A stretch of DNA of 64,000 bases, from NCBI GenBank assembly GCA_012295275.1, contig CM022673.1, positions 12,028,001 to 12,092,000 of the forward strand, given 5' to 3'. The notes below the pieces were generated by a model. That model saw only the letters and a list, made by a program, of their open reading frames with translations, was not told the DNA's origin and searched no databases. This document shows, piece by piece, positions 12,051-23,107 of the stretch (position 1 is its first letter; every line of letters starts with the position of its first letter). This stretch comes from Chrysomallon squamiferum (lineage: Eukaryota; Animalia; Mollusca). The position numbers and the translations under genes are program-made.

Positions 12051-12842
12051 TTAATCCACCCATTTGACGTTATATTTCACGTCATACTTGACGTCCATCA
12101 AGTATTTTATGAATGGTGGTCCAGGTAATTCTGAGACAACATCGTAGACTGCGCATGCCTTGAAAGGACACGGCGATTCCCGCCAAGCGTATCTCACAGC
12201 GCCTGGCAACACATCCGGGCACTCGTTGTTATACGAGAAAGTGAGAGAGTTAGTGTCGTGAGAGGTTATCGTTACTGAATGCCAAGTGGCTGTTGGCGAG
12301 TGGCAGTCGTCCGTGGCTTTCTTTTGGTCGAAACAACAAATCTGCAAGGCAAGAAATGTTTCATTTAACGATGTAGTAAAACATAGTTTGGTTTTATGAA
12401 ACAAAAGAAAACAATTATTCAAAAAGTAATTTAGGTAAAATAAAGAAGTAATAAAGAAAGTCATCCCTTTTATTTCTTCTAATTTTTGTTTCTTTCCTTA
12501 GTCTGAATGAATAAATAAATAAATAAATAAATGAATAAATAAATAAATAAAATAAAGTTACGAGTCCACCATGTACGCATGACGTCACTACACCATTTGT
12601 AAATGATTTATAAGAATTGTAGTTTACTGTCAAACATTAGTATTAAAAACCAAAATAATAAAATACAACTTCGAAGATTAGTAGTAGTAGTAGTAGTATT
12701 TATTTATTTATTTAAACCATACATTCGTAGTGGCAGATTGTATTTTAAAAGTTTATTCAACAATTTTCTTAATTTAATGTTTTACTTAGGAAAGAAGAAT
12801 TTCTTATTTAACGAGACACTCAAAAGCTTTTTATTATTATTA

Positions 12843-12933
<91 letters not shown>

Positions 12934-15002
12934 AGGACAGATAACTAGAGTAGAATTTCTTTGTCGGAAACATTTTATCTTTTGTACTTAGAAGATCTCA
13001 GACATATAAATGTTGTCGATATTTTCAGAAGGAACCACGATATTTAATATTGAATTGATGTTGATTTTTTTTATTTGTTTGTTTATTTAATTATTTATTG
13101 TTTTTGTTAGTTTGTTTTGGGCTGGGGTTTTTTTGTTTATGGGTTGCAACTGTTACCTCAAATCCATCCACCGATTTAATATTCAATACGCTTCCGTTAC
13201 CATTATAAAATATCTTAATTGATCGGTTGAACAGTTCCACAATGAAAAGGTCTGGAAATGGCCCCTGATAAACAACCTCAGTTTCGTTGTAGGCTACCGC
13301 CAAACCGGACAGGAACAAACGCTTAGCCACATCCTGTTTGTCACGTGGGTGAATTCTGAAGAAGAGTAACGTTTAAAAAAAACCGGAAATAGATTCATGT
13401 TTTGGTTTTCCATAAGTTAGAGCGATTATTAATTTAAGAACTGCGATGTTAATACTGCTTGCTACATTTTACACGAAGTTAAAAAAAAAAGACTAGTTTA
13501 TGATTATAATAAAGAATTTAAAATTATTTAGATAGATTATTATTATCATTGTTTGTCCGTTCATTCATTAGTTGTTGCTTTTTTGGGGGGGGGTGTTGTT
13601 ATTTTGTTGTTGTTGGGGGTTTTTTGTGGGGTTTTGTTGTTGTTGTTGTTGTTGTGGTCGTTGGTTGGTTGGTTCGATCATTCGTTTGTCTATCTGCGCC
13701 TTCATTAAGTTTTAGAAACTATGAATATGAAACGTGAACACCAGTAAAAGGTCAACGGTCATCTGACCTTTTGAAATCATCCTAGACCCGATCACGAATT
13801 GAATATTACTTTTTTGAATTTATAGGATACATATCACAACCACGTATTTCTTAAAACAATAATTCTCTGTTCAAACCCTGAGAAAGGAGAAGTATAGTCA
13901 GGCAAGTCGACTGCCACAGCCATGAAGACATTCTTCATTTTGTCGTTTGGCACGGTGCCCTCGTCTGCCGTCTGGTGCCATCTGATGTCTGGGAAACCAG
14001 ACGATATTGCTGAGTCGTTCCTATATGGAGCTAACTGAAACAAATATGTTTAAAGCAGAAGAGGAAGAACAAAGAGAAACAGCTACTGGTCTTAATCGTA
14101 TTAATGATACAATACTTTACAAAGTATTACGACGGAAATTTAATATTCGAAGCAGTGTTGTTAGATGTTTAGTCGTTTTTTTTTTTGTTTGTTTTTTTCT
14201 TTTTTTCTTACTGGTGTTGTTGTTTGTTTGTTTGTTGTTATATTTGTTTTTGTTTTCGTTTCAGCTGCTTTCCTTCTTTGTTTTTTTTTCTTTATTATTT
14301 TTTTTTTTTTCTTTTTTTAAATACAAATAAATGAATAAAATTTTTTTTTTTTTAAAAAAAAAAACTTAACACTGAACAATGTGTTTAAGGATTAGAACGA
14401 AACAAACTTAATTTTTTGGTATAATATAATTATAATGAAATAAATCTGCTTGATCGATTAACAGCAATACGATTTTTATATCTACTTTTCAGTAGTAATA
14501 ATGTAACATACTACGGCCTTTTATAAATCCGACTAGAATCCTAACTGGAAGATAGCTGTTGCTCTAACCACGTGGGCAACAGCTTCTCCTCACAAAATAA
14601 AAAAGACTACCTGGACAAATCCGAAAGGAAAATCTTCATCCGTCTGTCCAGCGGTCCCCTCGTGAAACTTCTTTCTCCAGTCGTTGATCATTGCGGGAAA
14701 CGTACAGTTATAGACATCCATCGTGTCGGGAAATCCTTTCGGAGGAAAAGCGTTCGACTCCCCTAAATCGTTTTGTACAGTATTAGCAAGAAGTCTTCGG
14801 AAACATTCGATGAGGTTATACCAAATATTTTACGAATACTGGATAATAATAGATTAGAGATAATGTATTTAAAGATTTCTTCTTGTGATATTAAAAAATA
14901 GATTATACTACCAAATGAATGTTTGTTATTAATTATTATTATTAAAGAAAGACTGCTGACAATTTTTTGAAATTAATTGTAAATATACAAAATGTATTTA
15001 GC

Positions 15003-15080
<78 letters not shown>

Positions 15081-15488
15081 CCCTCCGTAACTCGAATCGT
15101 TTCATCATCTTCGTTCATTAACTTAATGTAATTTTCATTCTCTTTACCTTGATACCATATAGCTCCATAAATCGACATATTGAGCAATGGATGTATCATA
15201 GAATTCCACAAAACGGTGGCCGAATTTGGATTCACATCAGAAATGTTGAGCTTTTCTAATCTACAAAATTCAACCTTGACATGAATTAAATGAATGTTTA
15301 AAATGGATATAAAAGCTAAGCCATTTAAATATATATATATATATATATTGTAATTTCAATGTATTTGGAGTTGTTTTCTCCGTTTTCTACTTTCATATCT
15401 TTGGGAAAAGACATGTCAAGTAGTGCCTCGTTTTTCGCGAATAAAATGTAGCCAATTTTCTGTGAAATATTACATATCCGAATTATAA

Positions 15489-15564
<76 letters not shown>

Positions 15565-17377
15565 AAATTTTTTTTTAAATTAAAAAGTGTGTGGTAGAAA
15601 ATGTATCAGTGTAAATCTAGTTACTTCGTCAAGCAGAACAAAATAAAATGTTTTTCACGCAGTACCCTCTCTCTGGTTTTAAGCCACATTTGGCCAGAGC
15701 ATCTGGTGATGACCACGCCTCCACTCGAGTGCCGCCAAATGAAGTGTCAATCAATCCGATTGGATAATTCAAATGACCTGACAAATATTTTCCATACAAC
15801 CAACACACAGCTGAGAAATACTTCCATGAATGTTCACCAATCGTATCTGGAATTAGTGAGAAATTTAAAAGTTAAAATTAAAAACAAATAATTATAAATA
15901 AATAAATAGGTGTATGTACTACTAATTTGGGACATTATTAATGGCTATTTATTTTATTCTTTGTGAATTTATATATTTATAGACTTTTGAGGATTTGTTC
16001 TTTTTAACCGTACTTTATTATTATGAAAGTTTTTTTTTTTAGTGAAAAATAAACAGTTTAACGTAAAATTTACAGTTTGCTGGTAGGGACCAGGATTCTG
16101 CTATGTCATTAGTGTCGTATTCTGGTGTCCCGCTTCCTTTCATCTTCAAGGCAAACACACGAATATTTTTGTAACTGGAAACATCCTCCAGCTCGCTCGA
16201 AGCATTGAAAACCTCAACGAAAGAACAAAAAGAAAGGTCCACATATTTAATTTATAGTGCGCTTCAGACAGGTTCTGAATGCTGGTGATTTGAAAGGAAG
16301 CCCGCAAACTCTTACTGTTATCAGCTATCAGAAACATTATATATATATATATATATTCCACTATATAGAATCTTTTTTCATTTTTTTTTCATGGAATTAT
16401 TATTTATTATTTTAATTTACCAGATCCAGTGTAAACTGCATATTGCTCTGGCCTGAACAAAGCCAGACATCGCCAAACAGAACGTCGCTGATGCTGACTT
16501 GGTTGACGGAGGTGACAGCGGTGATGGTGTGAGGTCCTCCAGCCGTCACTGGCGGAAGCTTCGCGAACCATATCGGCTGCCCTGGCACTGGACCCTCTGT
16601 CACTGACGTGTACACGGGGCCAATACCACTGACAGTGACATTAACCGGATCACCGATACTGACCCCGTAACCCCAGACAACGGCTGATGCCGGAGCCTTT
16701 TGCAACACCATGTGATCGCTGTAATACGAAGCAAAACTGAATTTTTTCCTTCCATCTGGAAAAACAAATAGTAATTCGTTAATTCTTCCATTATTGTTGG
16801 GCTCCAAGGTATTGTTACTATTTATTTTATATTTCACGAATGACAAAAAGAAATAAATAGACGGCATGACATATAAGATTACCTAAACCGAGAATCATTA
16901 TTTCGTAATTTGGGATAACGGTTTTTACCAAAAATAAAATGTAACTAGTTCAATAAATTTTATTTAAAAAAAATAAACAACTCAAATATATAAAATTGCA
17001 ACTGAAGAGAAAAAATCTCGGAAAAATGATTCCGAAATCGTATTTATTATTACCGTTCAGTTAATGACGTTGCCTGTGCTTTCTGTCATTGCGCAGTAGT
17101 CACTGGACTCGACATTTTATGCAAGAAATGCGATACAAATCGTGAGAATGCAAAAACAGAGTTTGACGGATAATTATTTTGTGGCAGAATATTTTAACAG
17201 GCGATATGCAAATGACGAGGTAATATTTCCGAACGAGCCCTAAAACAGAAAGGCAGTAAATGTTTTATATATAAACATTTAGAACTTACTTGGCGAAACT
17301 TTTCTTGTAGTAACCGATTGTATGTGTGAAATAATAATGCAGACGCAACATAACGAAACAATCGTTAAGTGAAACAT
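12051..17377 (-). CDS. SIAE: Sialate O-acetylesterase (SGNH/SASA-type esterase), 551 aa, 9 exons
   Basis: Exons on minus strand: 17377-17290, 16755-16421, 16212-16074, 15846-15666, 15260-15148, 14762-14611, 14034-13877, 13355-13157, 12341-12051; phases consistent, 1656 nt. Signal peptide MFHLTIVSLCCVCIIISHIQS. Motifs FASYYSDHMVLQK, GDVWLCSGQSNM (catalytic Ser), FSAVCWLYG, GGTRVEAWS, GAIWYQGESN, FPFGFVQL, IHPRDKQDVAKRL and VRYAW match animal SIAE. Confidence 0.95.
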
Positions 17378-17621
17378 CTTTGTCAAGTATGACCAGATAA
17401 TAATTTCTGTGTTGATGTGATATCAGTTTCTTATCTGTACCAAAGTTTAATCTATGTAATTTAGTTTGTGGATAACACCTAGCAGATTAGAAATGTACTT
17501 GGCCTAATTATATATATATATATATACACACACACACATATGTAGATTGATAGACAGTTTAGTCAGTGTGTGTGTGTGTATACTACAGTTATAATGTTTG
17601 ACTGTAGTTTTGTTGTTTGAG

Positions 17622-17778
17622 CAGTGACGTAGCATGGGCGGGGCCACAGGGGCGGTTGCTCCGGGCGACAAAACATTGTTAGGTTCAATACTGGACGAAT
17701 GATGGCTCATGGTCACGGGTTAAGGGGTGCAATACACTTGCCTTGCCCCAGGCACTGGTAACCAACTCTGTTCCTCTA
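17622..17778. mobile_element. MITE-like remnant with a CAGTGGCGTAGC-type terminus (probably hAT-related)
   Basis: GC-rich block starting cagtgacgtagc...ggggcggttgctccgggcgaca and ending ttgccccaggcactggtaacc. It resembles common animal MITEs; the right TIR is decayed. Confidence 0.4.
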
Positions 17779-18493
17779 GGTTTTAGTTTTTTGTGTTATC
17801 TTTCTATATAACTATGGCGTTATTTATTTATTTATTTATTGTTTTATACTGTCATTGTCCATAGATTATATTACAAGAAACAGATCAACTGTATGATTTC
17901 TGTATAATAATGTGAAAAAGATCTATAATCAGCACTCAGTTAGCAGTAAAAAAATTAATTACATGTGCCTTCTCCTAACCCATAAAATATAAATCTTGGT
18001 ATTTGATCTGTCAGTTACATACTAGTGGCTGTAACAAGAAATTATGGAATGGATCCACCACAGAGTTTTGATCCCAGGAGCTGTCATGCATCAAGCATTC
18101 ACCCAGTTTTTCTGCTATAATCCACTATTTAATAACAGATAAAAACAAAATCATTCTGCGTTCCATTTCTTTAATCATTTCTCTCACATCAACTCAATAA
18201 AACACAGAGATTCATTTTTACAAACATTACAAATATTTTATGGCCTTTGAACAGTTTAGATCCAGCTCTGGTTTTATCAACTCCAGACTTGCTGTTATGT
18301 GTATATATATAAAAAAATATCATAAAACATAAAAGAAATGCACATTTGCCTGCACTGCTGCAATATTTTGAATCCACCATTTTGTTTTGTTTAGTTCAAA
18401 ACTGTATGTATTTGCCTTGCTGACCACAAGACAAAGCAAAAACACTGTGAAAGTCTGTAACTACTGGATATATCACTGGCGCTTTGACTGTTA

Positions 18494-21400
18494 TTATATA
18501 TTACCAGTTTCATCTTCATTTAAATACCTCTTTGTTAGGTTGATAATGTCATCTATAAAAAAACATCAAAAAATATATATATATCAGAAAATATAATTAA
18601 ATTAATGTTTCTCTGTTAAATACAATATCAACATTCTAATACAATAAATGTTTCTCTCTATTTCACAATTTACTCTAATTCGGTAAAAGTATCTAACAGA
18701 TAAGTTTTTTGATATCAGAGCTTTCCTAAAGTTTTAAAGTTTGTTTAAGAGAAAATTATTTAAGACGACTTTAGTAGTTTTGTAAACAGATTAATATTTA
18801 TATGTAAACTGACTTGCTAGCACTGTTGTTGTCCTCTGTAAGTTTTCATTTGAGTCTCTGTATTCATCATACCTGACAGTCCCAGTGACAAACACTCTGT
18901 CGCTGGAATAAATAAATCAATAAATAAATCAACAAACACCAAAATAAACAAATACAAAAATAAACATACGAGTAAATGAATAAACAAAAGTGAAATAATA
19001 AATTAATTAATTTAAAAAAACAAAGATATAAAAAAAATATTAAAGTAAAATAAATAATGAATTCTACTTAACCTCCAGTTCAGAAATAAATAAATAAAAA
19101 TAAAGCAAAGTCAATAAAATGTAAACAGAATCTTGATTGTTAAAGACACCATGCAATATACTAAAACTCATACTTTAAAAAATGAAACATTTCCATTTAT
19201 GTTTCTTCCGTTTTATGTCATATAGACAGACGTCGACACACAGAAAAATATATTTGGATATTAAAAAGACAAGAAAAATTAAATCTATTCTTGTATCAAA
19301 CATTCAGAGACAACACACTAAATTTTGAAATCAATATTAAAGTCTGTGTATGAACTTGAAATATCAGTGACATTTCTATTTTTACAGTACTGACCCTTTC
19401 TTGAGGTGTGCAGCTAATTTCTCTCTCAGACCTGGTTTAAATACACTGATTCTGTGCCAGTCAACACGTGACACAGTCTCACCTAGCAACAAAAAGAACT
19501 AAATTAAGAAAGCCAATCAAACTGAAGATAAGAAAGGTTTTGACCAATCAGAATTAGGTATGCCAATGAAAGTGAAGATAACAAAATTTAAACCAATCAG
19601 AGGTAAGTAAGGACACAATTTTAGTTAATTTTAACCAATCAGATATTATGCTTTCTGTTCCTGGTATTCAAAAATAACAAAACAAAATGAAAACCAGTCA
19701 GTCGTTACTTTAAACAATATTTCTAACTAAATTTTAATAATTATTTTCTGAAAGAATGAAAACATATTTTTATGTTATACCTCCAAATGTTTTTAAATTT
19801 AATAAATTAAGATAGTGAATAGTACTTAGTAATCATAGACTTGAAAAGGTCACCATTACCAATCAGTGATTCTTTGAAAGTCATATGTTGACTGATCCTG
19901 CAATGTGTCATGCAGACATTAAACAAGAAATCAAAACCAAAACTTAATCCACCAATTCATTAAAAAAGAGTTGCTTCCCTTCGCTGAAAACATTTATCAT
20001 TATTAAAAAGAAAATTTACCATCTTTTCGATAAACTGTATTGGTTGCCATGGAGAACACAACAACTGGGTGATCTTCAGTACCCCTCACTTCTGCATCTC
20101 GTCCCAAACGACCCAACAAATTTATCTGATTTATGCCTGATTAAAGAAAAACAATTACATTCTCAAGTACTTTTCAGCGATGAATATAATAAATAAAGTA
20201 TTGCAGTTACATAAAATGAATACATCTTCCATTCAGTAACAACTGATACTTTTAGTTTATATACTATGCTTCCAGCTTTTCTAAGTTTTATATCTGAAAC
20301 AGGTAAATTTTCAGCATATAATTCTACCACATCACATTAACTTCCATTCAAAAACAAGTGAGAATTACACTATGCATGCTATTAAATTATATAGATCATG
20401 GTCATAACTACATTGAGGCAAATGCCTCATACAAAAATTTATGATTTTTTTTTAAGATAAAATTTTATTTTAAAAATATAAAATATAAATCTCTATTGCA
20501 ATACAAACGATATCCATTGAATGAATTCATTTATGTCTACGGTTACCATTCGAACTCTTCAGACATCGTTGCAATGAAAGACAAAACTGACTTCAAAGAC
20601 ATCACACATCAAACAGGTGTTCTTGCCTCATTTCAAAAAGAGTCTAGTTACAGCTGTGTTTACCATATTATATATAACAAAACAATATCTAAAATAAATT
20701 CACTTTTTTCAAATCGAATGGAACTGTTAAGCACTGGCTCTTCGGTCTCATCCAGAAAATCAGCATAAAACCTTCTTCCACTTGATCTCAAACTGCGAAC
20801 CTAAAACATAAAATAAATGTCTCATTTAATTACATATAATGATATATTTTGTAATTTAACATAAATTTTACAGAATATTAGTTATAAAAACAAAATTCTC
20901 TAGACAATGTTTGACAAACTTTCAAACAGAAAAATATTTAAAAAGCTTGACCAATGTAAGATGAAATAATTTAAAATAGCATCTGTTAATTTATGTAGAT
21001 CTCAGTGCATAAAACACTGGGTACAGTTTTGCAGTTTTAGTAATTAAATAGGAACAGATCTAGGATTCTGAAAATGGGTGGATCTCAAATGTTGTAAATA
21101 TATCTACAAAAAAAAAAAATGCAACCATTAATAGCAGCTTTAATGTGATCCTAATAGGATGTAGGTGTTGGGATATGTGATGTAAATATTCTCATTTCTA
21201 TGAAACTGATCATGTAAAAGAATAAAATTTTACCAAAAAATGAAGCACCTGGATTTATCATTAACACTGGCATACAAGAAACTTTGGAAGATATTTCCAT
21301 GATTCACTGAAGAGGGATTAAGATAAATAAATAAATAAATAAATAAATAGACCTACTCATGTATTTATAATTTAAGAAGGACATCTAAGAAGGACATTAT

Positions 21401-22060
21401 GCTGCTTACTGAAAAACATATGTGTCCATAACATGCATGCTTGAACATTTCTCTTATAAGAAATGCTATATAATCCGACTTAATGTGTTCCTAATGGATG
21501 CCAGTGAAATTCAAAGCAAAACTTTAAATCTTCCGAACATGGGACGCTCTTGTTAAACTGTAGTTTTTAAGTGTAATCCACCATCAAATGGATTATTTAT
21601 AATTCTGTCTAAATTATAATGAAACAACCTAGTAAGGACATCATTTATCTTGTAAATTATAAAACTTAAAATTGACGTTTGCGCGGGAAATTATGATACT
21701 AATAGTAATAACAAGGTGATGTTTTGTAGTGTTCACTATTTGTCAAAGTGCCTGATATGCTGCGCAAATTAAGTCAGATTATTGATTTGCTTATACCATC
21801 AAAAATCAGTGCTGAGAGAAATAAAATGACAGGGGATAATCATAATGTTAAGCTTTCCTCTCATTTGTTATACTAGTCATTTATAAATGTCAAAATGACG
21901 TTTAGAAGGTATTTTTTCCAGTTATCATACATTCAAATCTGTAAATCTATGCAAGTGCATTTATAGCTTGCTTGTCATTTCATCAGTATAGTAGTATTCA
22001 AAACAAAAAGCCGTATAAAAATATGAAACATACACATCGCCGTGCCAAAAGCGAAAACAT
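18494..22060 (-). CDS. SSBP1: Mitochondrial single-stranded DNA-binding protein (mtSSB), 158 aa, 6 coding exons
   Basis: Exons on minus strand: 22060-22034, 20800-20704, 20136-20020, 19482-19395, 18902-18814, 18552-18494; 477 nt in frame. Arg-rich presequence MFSLLARRCVRSLRSSGRRFYAD is followed by the OB-fold EKSINQINLLGRLGRDAEVRGTEDHPVVVFSMATN...VDWHRISVFKPGLRE...HLKKGDRVFVTGTVRYDEY...TTTVLANDII, typical of animal mtSSB. The last few codons are less certain because of a possible donor at 18504. Confidence 0.93.
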
Positions 22061-22466
22061 TGTTCTTCCGTGTTCCGTAATTCACCTAAAAACAAACGCA
22101 CGTGTTGAAGCCTAAAAAGCATTTATCTCCCTTCGTCCTTTAATCCATCAAATATTCGAAAACTAACGAGTTCACACGTAGTCGCCCGAAGTTCTGTTTC
22201 ATAAATAACTTACTCAAAGTAATGATTCGACATCTAGATTTCATCTAAATAATGGAAAACCTCCTTACATCAGGTTTAATTTAAATGGGAAAAAAAATGT
22301 AATTAAAAATAACAGCATAAAGTAGACAAAACATGAATATAAAAATACAGACAAAAGCAATTGGAAGACACACTAACAAGGAAGTTAAAAGGAGACACAT
22401 ACACCAGAAGAAAACAAATAAAATAAAAACAACATTAAGTTATGTAACTTGTTAGTCTATATTTCT
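22061..22466. promoter_or_regulatory. Putative bidirectional promoter and 5' UTR region shared by SSBP1 (-) and PLPP (+)
   Basis: The start codons diverge with 406 bp between them. Local CpG enrichment at 22030-22230. Probable SSBP1 5' UTR intron 22213-22086 (gtaagt ... ttgtttttag). Confidence 0.65.
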
Positions 22467-23026
22467 ATGATAATGGTTTCTGCTTATATTAAAGGCATTC
22501 TTTATGTCGCTGGCGACATAACAATTGCTATAGCAGGTAAGCGGAAGTAAAGAATGTTTGTATGTATATAGTAAAAAAAAAAAAAATATATATATATTGA
22601 AATTATAGCTGTTAACGATGTGTTTTCGCAAGGCTGTTAAGTTAAACATATTTCTGATTTCAATATTCGAAATAATTTGATAATGATCCATTGACTGATT
22701 GTGCAATGCCTGTGATCAAATCAGTAATTTGTTAACCTGTTACTTAGTAAAGCATAATTTTTGCATGATTTTTGACATATAATATAATTATAGCGTCCAA
22801 GTGTAATAGATACATACTCAGATACTGCAGTATTACATTTACTAGTACCAGTTGTCCTACTACTACTAATAGTAATTCTGTAAATTATAATAATGCAGTT
22901 CCTGTAATAAATGCTGCTGTACTTCATAGATGGATTTATTACATTGCATAGTTTCCATTTATTTATAAATATAAAAATGAAAATATATCTTATTATTGTT
23001 GTATTAAAATATTAAACAATCATGGG

Positions 23027-23107
<81 letters not shown>

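Noticed and set aside
20538-20600. Intronic C/D box snoRNA on the minus strand in SSBP1
   Set aside because: The C box is imperfect (GTGATGT), the C-to-D span is only about 47 nt, and there is no terminal stem.
21249-21306. Possible poison cassette exon in SSBP1 intron 1 (good acceptor, starts with TGA)
   Set aside because: The donor gtgctt is poor, and the flanking exons already join in frame; no support without RNA data.
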